Below, in pieces: positions 31,467 to 41,172 of a stretch of DNA of 55,965 nt. Position 1 is the first letter of the stretch. Each line of letters starts with the position of its first letter. The position numbers and the translations under genes are program-made. The DNA comes from a virus, in the IMG/VR virus record IMGVR_UViG_3300027872_000003, positions 1-55,965 of that record, one strand, 5' to 3'. A model generated the notes under the pieces. That model searched no databases. It was not told the DNA's origin and saw only the letters and a program-made list of their open reading frames with translations.

Positions 31467-33091
31467 CCTGCCAACCCTAAGCCAATATTGCCTTGTGCGC
31501 CCTGGAAGTTGCCACCAGAGCTCACAGATTCGACGTTGTTGCCCTTATCCCTTACGACTATCTCGCCGCTAACAGTGGCGTTTGCATTAGCGCTGGCGAC
31601 CGCTGGGCTCGCCGTAGGTGGAACAAATGATGATTGGGGGCCTGTTGCGCCCTCGGGGCCCAAGCCAAGGAAGCTGCCGCCTAGATCGAACGCGGTGCTT
31701 AGGTCGAATTGGCTAAAGTCCAGAGTTGCAAATGCGGCGACTACCTGGGCTACGACTGTCGCTATTCCTTTCAAAATAGCGAGAACGGGTTTCACAACAA
31801 AAAGAATGACCTTGAATGCGGCGGCAAACGCCACGGCTACAGAACCAGCCGCAGACGCCAAGCCAGTTAGAAGTAAGCTGAATGCTTCCACGTCGGAGGA
31901 ATCGAGACTACCGAGAAACTTGTTGATGCCGCTGGTTAGAAAACCAATAGAAGGAAGCGTTTTGTCAAAAATACTCGAAGCCAATAAGGAAAGTTTGACT
32001 TTCATTCCTTCCACGCCAGAATTAAATGTAGCCATTCTAACCCTGGCTTGTTCGGTCGCTACGCCTGTGGTTTTCAGCTTCTCGTTTAATTGTGTTATCA
32101 AGGGAATGTTTCTAAGCAATGCGCCGGCAATTTTTTGATGCTCTTCACCAAATAACTTTGATTTCAACTGTGCCTTAGCTGCGGATCCTTCTGTTCTCTC
32201 GAGCATATCGGCAACTTGGGACATTACTCCGTCAACGCCAAGATTTTTAAAATCAAACCCTGCCTTAGTCAGTTTTATGAATATCGCTTGCAGACCGGTA
32301 CCCGCCTGACTAGCGACAAAACCACCTTTAGCAACAACCTGTATGGCTGCGTTTAACTCTCTGAAATTTATACCCGCATCGACAGCAGAGCCACCGGCTA
32401 TTAGTATAGCCTCTCCTGTATTTCGTATTTCTGATGACCCAAACTTGGCACCGGCAGCCAGGATATCGACAAACTTTCCTGCCTGATCTGCGCTTTGTCC
32501 AAATATGTTCAAACCCCGGGCAACTGTATTTACCGCTTCCTCCATTTCAATGCCAGCAGCGTTCTTCAGCAATAAAACCTGCTCAGTTACATCGGATAAT
32601 AGCGCGGTATTTTCAAGAAGTTCAGGTTTTGCAGAAGCGACAGATTTGAACGCAAGCGCCACATCGGTAGGCATAACACGAGAAGCAATAGCGAGCTCTT
32701 TAACTTTACTCTTCAGGAAATCAAAGTCACCACCAACGGCGCCGGTAATAGCCGACAAGTCAGCCATAGAGTCTTGAAATTTTGCACCCTCCTGTATCAA
32801 TTTCAAAAGACCTAACCCTGCAATAGCAGTAGCAGCAAATGTCTTTATCTCAGAAGTTAGTTTCGATGATGCTTTCTGTGTGAGATTTGTTTCTTTCCGA
32901 TAGGCCTTAAGCTTTCGTCTGGCAATTAATGCCGCTGCCTTTACTTTCCTGAGAGCTCTTTCCTTTCTAGATAGCGTTTTAGCAGCACCCAACGATTCCC
33001 TTTTTATTTTAGAGATATTGTCAGCAATCCTTTTCGCTTCTTTGGAAAATTTGTTCTTAGCTGTGAAGACCCAGCTCACATCAAATGACAT
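31463..33091 (-). CDS. tail tape measure protein
   Basis: 542 aa, Ala/Gly/Lys-rich helical sequence with hydrophobic C-terminal segments. Follows the chaperone pair. Confidence 0.8.
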   Translation of the reverse strand: MSFDVSWVFTAKNKFSKEAKRIADNISKIKRESLGAAKTLSRKERALRKVKAAALIARRKLKAYRKETNLTQKASSKLTSEIKTFAATAIAGLGLLKLIQEGAKFQDSMADLSAITGAVGGDFDFLKSKVKELAIASRVMPTDVALAFKSVASAKPELLENTALLSDVTEQVLLLKNAAGIEMEEAVNTVARGLNIFGQSADQAGKFVDILAAGAKFGSSEIRNTGEAILIAGGSAVDAGINFRELNAAIQVVAKGGFVASQAGTGLQAIFIKLTKAGFDFKNLGVDGVMSQVADMLERTEGSAAKAQLKSKLFGEEHQKIAGALLRNIPLITQLNEKLKTTGVATEQARVRMATFNSGVEGMKVKLSLLASSIFDKTLPSIGFLTSGINKFLGSLDSSDVEAFSLLLTGLASAAGSVAVAFAAAFKVILFVVKPVLAILKGIATVVAQVVAAFATLDFSQFDLSTAFDLGGSFLGLGPEGATGPQSSFVPPTASPAVASANANATVSGEIVVRDKGNNVESVSSGGNFQGAQGNIGLGLAG

Positions 33092-33740
33092 TACCCTGAC
33101 TCCACTATTCGTTTCTCTTGTTCGGCAGCCTTATTTACTACGGTGATTTCGGCAAATAATTCATTAAGAGGTAGGTTGATTAGTCTTTCTATCGGTGACC
33201 CGCCATTCGTGAACCTGGTCACCTTGTAGCAATCTAGCATTAAATCATCGTAACTCGTCGATAAAGTTACGAATTGATAAAATTTCCGAGATACTCCCCC
33301 GCGAGTTTATCAAAATCCCCGGGCGTCATGTCGTCGATATTGGAACCATTTAATTTGTGATCGTTCTCGCCGTCGATATATGCGACACCTGAGATAAGCA
33401 GAGCTTTCATGTAAAGAGACATTCTGGATCCGTCACCTTTATCACAATATGACCGGAACAAACCCAACAATAATTTACCGTTTTCTATTTCGGTTTTACT
33501 GTCTTTGTCTTCCTTTTTGGATTCCTTGTTGGCTTCGGAGGCCTCAACAGCTGCACTCTTTTCGTCTTCGTCCATCGTATTGGCCATATTAGCCATGGCA
33601 TGAGCATAAATCTCACGGATAGGATCAGCCTTATCCAATTGCTTCATTGAAAAAGGGGAAATGCGAATAAACTTCGCCGTTACATCTTCGCCTTGAAAAT
33701 GATATTTAAACCCGTCATCTAAAGTAACGTCGACACTCAT
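33091..33740 (-). CDS. tail assembly chaperone, predicted -1 frameshift fusion product
   Basis: The -1 frame is open from 33306 down to the stop at 33091-33093. Slippery heptamer A_AAT_TTT lies at 33285-33279. The downstream frame ends TAATG on the tape-measure start. Confidence 0.45.
33267..33740 (-). CDS. tail assembly chaperone (zero-frame product, 157 aa)
   Basis: Acidic protein between the tube and tape-measure genes. Has a frameshift signal near its 3' end. Confidence 0.55.
   Translation of the reverse strand: MSVDVTLDDGFKYHFQGEDVTAKFIRISPFSMKQLDKADPIREIYAHAMANMANTMDEDEKSAAVEASEANKESKKEDKDSKTEIENGKLLLGLFRSYCDKGDGSRMSLYMKALLISGVAYIDGENDHKLNGSNIDDMTPGDFDKLAGEYLGNFINS
33279..33285 (-). 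other. programmed -1 ribosomal frameshift slippery site A_AAT_TTT
   Basis: X_XXY_YYZ heptamer in the zero frame (GGA AAT TTT), 5 codons before the zero-frame stop. Confidence 0.45.
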
Positions 33741-33741
33741 A

Positions 33742-34137
33742 TTAAACCGCCTGGTCGCACTGGAATTCTACGGGGATTTCGCCATCTGCGCCGTGAGAAC
33801 GTTCAGGGTCATCAACAACGGATGCATTCTTGAATGTTCTGCGGAATGATTGCTCAACACCGCCAACTGTTTCAATGCCCGTATCGGTTACGGTATTTGT
33901 GTTGAGTGCATCTTGCCACCCATCAATCAAACCCTCATTCACAACGCTCGGCAATAGCACGAAAGAAACAGAACCCATTGAGTCCTCGAAATCCTGCGCA
34001 AAATCCTGTGTGCGAACATTGCCGACAACGACAGTGCGAACCTTTGATTTAGCTACGCCGCGCTTGTACTTGAAAGAATTCGGCTTTATGGCAACAGGGT
34101 CGCCGTTTACCGTAATCGTATCATTCGCAATAGACAT
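33742..34137 (-). CDS. tail tube protein
   Basis: 131 aa, immediately downstream of the sheath gene. Confidence 0.6.
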   Translation of the reverse strand: MSIANDTITVNGDPVAIKPNSFKYKRGVAKSKVRTVVVGNVRTQDFAQDFEDSMGSVSFVLLPSVVNEGLIDGWQDALNTNTVTDTGIETVGGVEQSFRRTFKNASVVDDPERSHGADGEIPVEFQCDQAV

Positions 34138-34139
34138 TT

Positions 34140-35705
34140 TTAAGCTTCCTCTGTTTCAGTGACACCCGAGCTTTCAACAACATCGAAAACGATTTCAATG
34201 GTGCCATTGAGCTCTCGAAGCTGTACGTTGATTGGAGTTTTAACGGTCCATGTAATAGAACCGGTTTGAAGGTCTGGTACGACAACCATGTTTGCAATGA
34301 AGAAATTAAGCGCCTCTTGGCCACCCTGAGTAAGAACAAATCCCGCTTCGGCCAAAATGGTATAGAACTCTGTTAATTTTGCTTCGAAAAGTATCTTGTT
34401 AACCATTGGCCGGCCAGCAACTACGTCCCCACCAGTCAACCGTGATTGCGCATATGTTAATCTCAAGTTGCTGTCGTAAAATTCTCGGATCCCGGTAGCA
34501 GTATCGAAATAGTTTACAAATTTAAATGAATCGTCTGGGTTTCCACCTGAATCGGTAGTTCGCAGCGTCATCTGCTGGCCCAAAACAACTTTGTTGCCGG
34601 CTTTGTTGTTGCCCATTACTGACAAGCCTGCATCGTTGAGCTGTTCAATTTCAAGTCTCGTCCATCCGATACCCTGGGTAGATGGCAATAGAGCATTAAC
34701 CGGAGTATTTGCCAGAGGGCGCGAGGCTAATGCGGGACCACCAGTGCCATCTAAACCAGATGCACCGACATTCAAATCAGCGATCGCAGCGCCAACAGTT
34801 AATTTAACGCTTCGAAGTGCGCCAGCATAAGCCGCCAAAACATAAGGCAGCTCTGATCGGTCGTTCCCTTTTATAGTCGACGTGCTGATCAGTTTCTGTG
34901 AGTGGTAATTAATAAACGTATTCTCAGCTGCAGCAACAGCCAAGTGATTAGATAACGTATCTGAGGCTGCGACATGGCCCAAGCCGTCCTGAATGTCATC
35001 AGTAACATTGAATCGAGCGTCGACTAATGCAACCAGCTCAGTAAGATCATTGGACCAGCTCCAAACAATAGCCTGGTAACGAGTATCGCCGATGACATCA
35101 AAAATTCCTGTCAATGTTGGGTCGGTTGCTCCGCCTGTCATAGCGGTTACTGTTTGAGTTATTCCTGCAACAGTATCGCCGACTTCCAGGTGGATTCCAT
35201 TACCTTCTGTGCCTAGATTCTGTGCCGTAAGAGCAACACTACCAGCTGTATTAACGCCGGTAACAGGCGCGCGAAGATTGGCGGTAATTGCCGCTACCAG
35301 TGCGGCTCCGACAACGGTGGCCGTATCACCAATGGCAACAGCTATGGATAATTTGTTGTTACGCTTGGACCCAACTATGGCGGTCAGCTCACCCGCTGCA
35401 GTAGCGGTGCCCGTATATGCAATTGATCCTGTGGCCGCCGTTCCTGCTGCGTCAGAAAGGAATATGGCATCAACGGCGGTATCAGTATTGGCCCGACGAA
35501 TACCGCGAACGACAGCGGCACCCATTGAGGTAATCCCCGACAGGCCATCAGCATCAGCCTGGATATCAGTATTCAGGTCTCCGGAGGTTGCGGTGCCCGC
35601 GGCGGTCTTCTGACTTGCCACAAGGATTCGCTGCGGTTCGTTGGCGACCTGTACTACGGCCCCGGTCAGTGTGGTTGTGGTTTTGGGGAAGCTTATCTTG
35701 GTCAT
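34140..35705 (-). CDS. contractile tail sheath protein
   Basis: 521 aa, Ala/Thr/Gly-rich. Position before the tube gene. General resemblance to Mu L-type sheath. Confidence 0.7.
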   Translation of the reverse strand: MTKISFPKTTTTLTGAVVQVANEPQRILVASQKTAAGTATSGDLNTDIQADADGLSGITSMGAAVVRGIRRANTDTAVDAIFLSDAAGTAATGSIAYTGTATAAGELTAIVGSKRNNKLSIAVAIGDTATVVGAALVAAITANLRAPVTGVNTAGSVALTAQNLGTEGNGIHLEVGDTVAGITQTVTAMTGGATDPTLTGIFDVIGDTRYQAIVWSWSNDLTELVALVDARFNVTDDIQDGLGHVAASDTLSNHLAVAAAENTFINYHSQKLISTSTIKGNDRSELPYVLAAYAGALRSVKLTVGAAIADLNVGASGLDGTGGPALASRPLANTPVNALLPSTQGIGWTRLEIEQLNDAGLSVMGNNKAGNKVVLGQQMTLRTTDSGGNPDDSFKFVNYFDTATGIREFYDSNLRLTYAQSRLTGGDVVAGRPMVNKILFEAKLTEFYTILAEAGFVLTQGGQEALNFFIANMVVVPDLQTGSITWTVKTPINVQLRELNGTIEIVFDVVESSGVTETEEA

Positions 35706-35917
35706 TACGAATCGACTCCAATAGATTTAGTTGGTTTGGCTGTCTTCTTCTCAACAATGGAAACACAACCGTCAATGTCAGAATCTTTAATGCGATCTCT
35801 CCAGTACTTCGATGTAGGAATACCATTGTTCGCACTGACTTTAATCTTTTTGCCTTTTGGGTAGCCTGGCAAGTCCACATTAATCATCAGTTCAACATGG
35901 CAATCTTTACACGTCAT
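35705..35917 (-). CDS. hypothetical protein (70 aa)
   Basis: ORF abutting the sheath start. Confidence 0.45.
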   Translation of the reverse strand: MTCKDCHVELMINVDLPGYPKGKKIKVSANNGIPTSKYWRDRIKDSDIDGCVSIVEKKTAKPTKSIGVDS

Positions 35918-35924
35918 AATAGCC

Positions 35925-37025
35925 TCACAATGGTTCGTCGTCTAAATTTATGTCATCAAGCAAGGTTTGATCGCCTTGATCAGTAGTAATACTACCAGCA
36001 ATATCGCGAAATGCCACATTAAAGGGTTCAACCGCCAGATCTTTAGTGCCGATTTCCTCCATAAACTGGAATTCTACGCCGTGCGTGTAAACAGCACCGG
36101 TATATTCAACGACTCCCGCGGATATAAATTTGGACACGGTTTTTGAATCGGTATCGAAATCAGTACCCGGTGACCAGCCAACCAATGCACGTATCATGAA
36201 TCGCTCAATATCGTCCATTGTGTCGCGCTCATCGGCGCCGGAAGTAGATTGTGTGACTTTTTGAAATATCAAAACACTGAAGGCGTTTAGAACCTGTTGC
36301 CTGTTATCACCCGATACGCCGCCTGAATCAACACCATCGTTCAAAGCTGATCGCGACCTGGATACAACCCTGTCACCGACCACTACAAAAGCGACCAGTT
36401 GATTATTAGAGATATCCTTGGTTTCAAATACCTCTTTGGCTCGTTCGATAGTCACTGCTGAATAAATTCGGATACCGAGAACTACGCTTGCATTGTCGAC
36501 GTTTGCGGGCTCTGTCAGTGTTACAGGGAGCTCATAGGTAAATGATGTCGCGCTGGGTACACCGGTTATGGTCACTAGTCCGCTGTAGCCAAATGGAGAT
36601 CCGGGCAATACTAACAGCGGGCTTCCTGTTGATGATGCTGGCCCGGAATCTGCAACCTGAAACGTGAATTTTTTCCTGTTTGGAACAGTTCCTGTCAACT
36701 TGAAATCAAAAGTGTCATTGAATTCTGCCTCGTTAGCGCCCTCAATCGTGATGGTATCAAACCAGTTTTCGGTCAAATCGTGATTTGTGGCAGTGATGGC
36801 CGTTGCTGTTGTTCCGGAACGTGTGATAGATGTGATTTCAATAGGTGCAGCAGCGCCAATGACGTAAACAGAATCGCCAATGCTTTTACCGTGCGCGGCG
36901 GTTGTTGTTGCTGTTGCAGTGGTACCCGATGGAGTAATTGACACCAGCGAGACTTCCCGGGAAAACCTGTCGGTTAATTTCGGTATCTCGTCTTCAAGCC
37001 TTTTTTCAATATCTCTGGCTTTCAT
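35925..37025 (-). CDS. neck / tail-terminator-region structural protein with N-terminal repeat domains (366 aa)
   Basis: Position between the gp10-like and sheath genes. Contains SIT(P/R)SGTTATA repeats. Confidence 0.35.
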   Translation of the reverse strand: MKARDIEKRLEDEIPKLTDRFSREVSLVSITPSGTTATATTTAAHGKSIGDSVYVIGAAAPIEITSITRSGTTATAITATNHDLTENWFDTITIEGANEAEFNDTFDFKLTGTVPNRKKFTFQVADSGPASSTGSPLLVLPGSPFGYSGLVTITGVPSATSFTYELPVTLTEPANVDNASVVLGIRIYSAVTIERAKEVFETKDISNNQLVAFVVVGDRVVSRSRSALNDGVDSGGVSGDNRQQVLNAFSVLIFQKVTQSTSGADERDTMDDIERFMIRALVGWSPGTDFDTDSKTVSKFISAGVVEYTGAVYTHGVEFQFMEEIGTKDLAVEPFNVAFRDIAGSITTDQGDQTLLDDINLDDEPL

Positions 37026-37492
37026 GGCAGTTTGGTTAATTCTCTTTCAATGTTTGAAGAAAAATCGTTGTGTGCATTCTTCTGCGTGGCCCTGACTGTA
37101 TTTCTAAGGCCTGGCCTGGCAGACATTTTACTGGTGCCACTTTCTAGAAATTCTGCGTGCTCAGCGCCCTTGCCTGATCTTATACCCCATTCCAATTGAT
37201 CGGATCCAGATATTTGATAGCCACGGGCTTTACGCATTGTGCCTGTTTGATTTGCTGGTGTCTGCCCCGGTGCTGATGATTTGTGCCTGCGGCGTGCACC
37301 GCCTCGAATTCTCTTTACATAAACCTTGCCGCGTTTGTTTTTGGCCAGCATTTGTTTGGATAATTCGTTGTTTAAATCGTCACCAACTTCAAAGAATCCC
37401 TGTCTTATGCCTCGTTGAGTACGCTTCTCCAAATCCTCGATAGCTATGAATGCGCGCTTGTTTCGTGTCCCGGCTTTAAGCACTGGCCGCAT
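37022..37492 (-). CDS. HK97 gp10-family head-tail joining protein
   Basis: AEHAEFLESGTSKMSARPGLR motif. Confidence 0.65.
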   Translation of the reverse strand: MRPVLKAGTRNKRAFIAIEDLEKRTQRGIRQGFFEVGDDLNNELSKQMLAKNKRGKVYVKRIRGGARRRHKSSAPGQTPANQTGTMRKARGYQISGSDQLEWGIRSGKGAEHAEFLESGTSKMSARPGLRNTVRATQKNAHNDFSSNIERELTKLP

Positions 37493-37868
37493 TCCTATTA
37501 ATCGAACCTTTCTTGACGCATAGAAGCTGTAGGAATTCGCTCAGCTCTTCGAAATTCTCTTGGCTTAATATTGAATACCGCTGATCACTGAACAATATCC
37601 ATTTCTCGCCGGTAATAGCTTCTTCCGGAAACCGGATGGTGAATCTATGGGTGACCTCAATATCGCCGCCATTGACTTCATCGACAACAAAAATACCCTT
37701 GACGGTTTCAAGCATCGACCATGGGGAGAATAGAGTAGTGAATTCTTCGACTTCTGTTTCGCTATCGAATCCATCGTCAAGCGATCGGTCCTGAATAGCT
37801 ATTACCTTATCCAGATCACCAATACATATCTGTCGATGCTTGCGGCGAATCTTTACGCATTTAGGCAT
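37476..37868 (-). CDS. head closure / head-tail adaptor protein
   Basis: I.IQDRS.......W..LETVKG.......THRFTIRF pattern. Confidence 0.6.
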   Translation of the reverse strand: MPKCVKIRRKHRQICIGDLDKVIAIQDRSLDDGFDSETEVEEFTTLFSPWSMLETVKGIFVVDEVNGGDIEVTHRFTIRFPEEAITGEKWILFSDQRYSILSQENFEELSEFLQLLCVKKGSINRNAASA

Positions 37869-39223
37869 TATCGGGCTCGACTCAAAGCGGCTTGTACGAC
37901 TAAATTGATGGTATCCGTTTCATTTGAAACAAACACCTCGAGGAAATCAGTCTCACTTAGGGTTAATTGCCAGAGCACAGTTGTGGAACGAGGGTCATTT
38001 TGGCCTACAAGATTTGCTTTGCAGCTGTTAGCTATCACAGTGCCATTCAGTGCGAGACAGACCTCAATTGCCTTGTTTGATCCACTTACCGCAACAATGG
38101 TTGCAGTGATATCTACCGGAGTTGTTAAATCTCTCTCGGCGTTATAAGTGATTCTTCCTGTGGTATCGCCAGTGTAGTGAGAATTTCTTTCAACGACCCA
38201 TGTTCCCGCGACTTTTACATGCGTACCGGCTACCGATATGACGGTTTCAGTGGCATTGGCGTTAAGCGATACCATCGCATCAGGCATTGTGTCGGGAATA
38301 CCGCCATTGAAATCAAATGCCCACCGAATGTCATTAGTAGTGAGCCCAGATATGCCGGCCATGCCGCCGATAAATGTCGAATCTCTGAAAGTACCAATGC
38401 TGCCAGAGGCGATGTTACCGCTACTGCCTGCACCAGATACACCGACCGCCCCGGCAGGCGCAGACATGAGAATATTGGCAATTTCAAGATTTGGAGATAC
38501 TGCAGAACCTAAATCGATGCCGACAAAAGTTGCAGATGCAGATAATAGCCCGATTTTAGATAATGAAATATTTACCCACGCACTGCCTGCAAAAGTAATA
38601 CCGTCATCGCAGCCAAGACCGTTGACGTTATCGATAGTTACGGCTGACAATCCTGTGAAATCTGCCCAACTTGCGCACCCGGTAACCATGACATCTTGTA
38701 TTTGTATATTGTTGGTACCTGGCACTGCGACATCAGAGAAGTCAAACACCTTGCCATTTGGTGCAGCAAGATCAGCTTCAAAGATATTAAAACTCGCATC
38801 GACACCAGTGAACATTGTTCCTGTGCCGGTATAGGTCAGCGTTGGGCCAAATATGTTTCCGCTGGTCCATGAAATATTGCCTGCACTTGCGTCGATTTCA
38901 TTGATCCCTAGAGAGACATCATCGCCGAGAGTGTAATTGGTATTGGCAACCAGTGTGATTGTCCCTGTGACCGGCGCAGGTAAGTCTGTCAGCGTGTTAA
39001 CGAGAACACTGGTATTGGCAAGGAATAATTGACCGAGATTGGCGAGCGTTGCCTGCTTGGACGTTCCCGCTGGGTTGCTGGTGGTGTCAGATACATCAAC
39101 GACATGGAGAATATCTACAGCCGTAGGAACCGCTAGTGTCGGCTGGTCCGTCAGAATCGCAGCGTTAAGATTTGCAGCACCAACAAATAATAGAGCCGTG
39201 ATAAAGCGATTGAAATATTTCAT
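37868..39223 (-). CDS. signal-peptide-bearing, beta-helix/fibre-like protein (451 aa)
   Basis: N-terminus MKYFNRFITALLFVGAANLNAA, then AVDILHVVDVSDTTSNPAGTSKQATLANL (a fibre or tailspike N-terminal-like motif). Gly/Asn/Thr/Ser-rich repeats follow. Confidence 0.45.
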   Translation of the reverse strand: MKYFNRFITALLFVGAANLNAAILTDQPTLAVPTAVDILHVVDVSDTTSNPAGTSKQATLANLGQLFLANTSVLVNTLTDLPAPVTGTITLVANTNYTLGDDVSLGINEIDASAGNISWTSGNIFGPTLTYTGTGTMFTGVDASFNIFEADLAAPNGKVFDFSDVAVPGTNNIQIQDVMVTGCASWADFTGLSAVTIDNVNGLGCDDGITFAGSAWVNISLSKIGLLSASATFVGIDLGSAVSPNLEIANILMSAPAGAVGVSGAGSSGNIASGSIGTFRDSTFIGGMAGISGLTTNDIRWAFDFNGGIPDTMPDAMVSLNANATETVISVAGTHVKVAGTWVVERNSHYTGDTTGRITYNAERDLTTPVDITATIVAVSGSNKAIEVCLALNGTVIANSCKANLVGQNDPRSTTVLWQLTLSETDFLEVFVSNETDTINLVVQAALSRAR

Positions 39224-39232
39224 TGGATTACC

Positions 39233-39388
39233 TTAGTTGAAGTCTAAATTTGTGCCGTCTTGAAGATCAAAGTTTGTGCCATCCTGAAAATCGAAGTTTA
39301 CTGTTGCAGCGGGTGGTGGAGGCTCGATTATCGGCTGAATAATATCTTGAATGATATCTTCCAAAAATGTGTTTACGACTTGGCTCAC
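39233..39388 (-). CDS. hypothetical small repeat peptide (51 aa; below the ORF-track cutoff)
   Basis: Hand translation: VSQVVNTFLEDIIQDIIQPIIEPPPPAATVNFDFQDGTNFDLQDGTNLDFN. GTG start in a GTGA overlap with the upstream stop. Confidence 0.35.
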   Translation of the reverse strand: MSQVVNTFLEDIIQDIIQPIIEPPPPAATVNFDFQDGTNFDLQDGTNLDFN

Positions 39389-39678
39389 TGGGAAAGACTC
39401 ACAAATATTCCGTCAGTGGGTCCCGTTGTTCCAGTGACGCTCGCACGAATCATCATACCAGGCGCTAAATAATTTAGTTTTACTGATCCGTCAGCAGTAA
39501 AGCTACCGCTCGTCAATGCAACCCATCTTGTAAGTGTATCTTCCTCGGTAGCAATTTGCAGCTCGACTGTAGCTCCGCCAAATTCTGTCGCTGTAATAAG
39601 TACGATTGCCGGCCCGCCTCTACTGATGAATGCTTCGCTATCTTGGCTGGTGCTGATATTGTTCAAAAGAATTGTCAT
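39385..39678 (-). CDS. hypothetical protein (97 aa)
   Basis: ORF downstream of the connector gene. Confidence 0.45.
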   Translation of the reverse strand: MTILLNNISTSQDSEAFISRGGPAIVLITATEFGGATVELQIATEEDTLTRWVALTSGSFTADGSVKLNYLAPGMMIRASVTGTTGPTDGIFVSLSQ

Positions 39679-39689
39679 TGTGGCTCCGT

Positions 39690-40358
39690 TTACAGATTCT
39701 CTATTCTGTTTTGCAAATATAGCATTTTAGACACACGCGGCAAAAGAAGGCCATTTTTATCACCGAATTCACCACAGTCACCACGATTGGCATACATGTC
39801 AGCAACGTGCTGTATGACGCCTTCAGTGACCCATGGCGGCATATCAGTATCGCTGTCGCCAAACCCTGTCTTAAACGTGACCTGAACAGCCTGAAGGCGA
39901 ATATCGGCATTAGTAGGCCATGCCGCAGATGCAACGGTTAAAACTTCCGAGTAATCGCCTTCAAGAGTGTTGTAATAAGTGGTGGCGTCAACAGTAGTCA
40001 GCACACCAGCCACAAAATATTGAATAAGATCAATTGTTTGCAACGGTGATTTTCTAATCTCGAAGCCGATATTGCCGACATCAGACGGGAGAATTGAAAA
40101 GACGTTCTGATAATAACCCTCGGAAAACCCTGGGAAGAAGTCACGAAAGGTTTTATAGGTTCGGGTAATAAAATCTCTTCGCGTGAATTTCTCGGCGTAA
40201 TCGATGGCGGCGGTGATGTAGGCTGTTAGCAGATCATCTTGATTAGTGCCGGTTATCTTCAGGTGATTTTTAACCGTTGGCAATGATACTGCTAACTTTG
40301 CGGGAGGTGCCGTTACCGTGTAGGTATAGGCACGATGCTGAACCGGCGCCAGTCTCAT
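39690..40358 (-). CDS. gp6-like head-tail connector protein
   Basis: LPTVKNHLKITGTNQDDLLTAYITAAIDYAEKFTRRDFI is the Phage_connect_1 signature. Confidence 0.7.
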   Translation of the reverse strand: MRLAPVQHRAYTYTVTAPPAKLAVSLPTVKNHLKITGTNQDDLLTAYITAAIDYAEKFTRRDFITRTYKTFRDFFPGFSEGYYQNVFSILPSDVGNIGFEIRKSPLQTIDLIQYFVAGVLTTVDATTYYNTLEGDYSEVLTVASAAWPTNADIRLQAVQVTFKTGFGDSDTDMPPWVTEGVIQHVADMYANRGDCGEFGDKNGLLLPRVSKMLYLQNRIENL

Positions 40359-40804
40359 TAGCTAGGCAGAATCTCCAACGTTACAACGCCATTTGATGCG
40401 ACAGTACTGAGGCCATCTTTGACGATCTCAATGGCTTCGGCTGCTGTAATAACATTCAGCGCAGAAGGAGTAGACTGATCTACAGTACCAGGAAGTGATC
40501 CAGAGAACGCGATAGTAATAGCAGCACCGGTGACAGCAGTACCGCCAATCTCGAAGGTCAGCCCTGCATTTGCCGTGGTGATAGTCGTATCAATCACGTT
40601 ACTGATTCCAACGATAGTCCCTGCAACGCCAGGAACAACCCAAACACTACCAGAGCTTGATATATCGCCGATTGCAACGGTTACCAGTTTGGTTTTGAGG
40701 CTTGCGCCGGCTGGTGTCTCGACAGTACCGCCAAGAATCAAAGGATTATCAGTGCTGCCACCGACCGGCTGTTCAAATCTGTTGTCTACATTTTCGAGTG
40801 ACAT
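40358..40804 (-). CDS. hypothetical head protein (possible decoration, 148 aa)
   Basis: Gly/Thr/Val-rich beta-type sequence in the head module. Confidence 0.35.
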   Translation of the reverse strand: MSLENVDNRFEQPVGGSTDNPLILGGTVETPAGASLKTKLVTVAIGDISSSGSVWVVPGVAGTIVGISNVIDTTITTANAGLTFEIGGTAVTGAAITIAFSGSLPGTVDQSTPSALNVITAAEAIEIVKDGLSTVASNGVVTLEILPS

Positions 40805-40839
40805 AATAGTTCCTGTTGAATTAAAAATTCACTGTGAAA

Positions 40840-41115
40840 TTACTTTTTAGCCTTTTTCTTGCCGGGCTTCGATAGTTTTTCTTTACTCTCCACTGTCAAA
40901 TCCTTTTCTTTCGATTCGGGTTCGACTGCAGGTTGTTCGATGTGCAATTCAGCTTGTTCCGGCTGATCAACTACTCGGCCATGGCCATTACTAATAGCAG
41001 AATCAGCGATTGAATCGGGTAAATCGATTTCTTCGCCTTCTACCAGTTGGATATGGGGCAAGTGTGGCGCTGATTGCGCATAGGGGATTGTTTTATCTGC
41101 AATGATACGTTTCAT
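40840..41115 (-). CDS. hypothetical protein with Lys-rich tail (91 aa)
   Basis: ORF in the head module. Confidence 0.45.
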   Translation of the reverse strand: MKRIIADKTIPYAQSAPHLPHIQLVEGEEIDLPDSIADSAISNGHGRVVDQPEQAELHIEQPAVEPESKEKDLTVESKEKLSKPGKKKAKK

Positions 41116-41172
41116 AAGGCTTTCCAGAGATTGAACCAGGGGCCGTTAAGCCCCTTCAAACACGACAATCAA

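Noticed and set aside
30658-32138. Long plus-strand ORFs (30658-31209 and 31488-32138; also 38238-38834, 43035-43670, 35209-35986, 28395-28703) antisense to tail and head genes.
   Set aside because: These are shadow ORFs on the opposite strand of well-supported structural genes. They have low-complexity Ser/Pro/Ala-rich translations and no SD.
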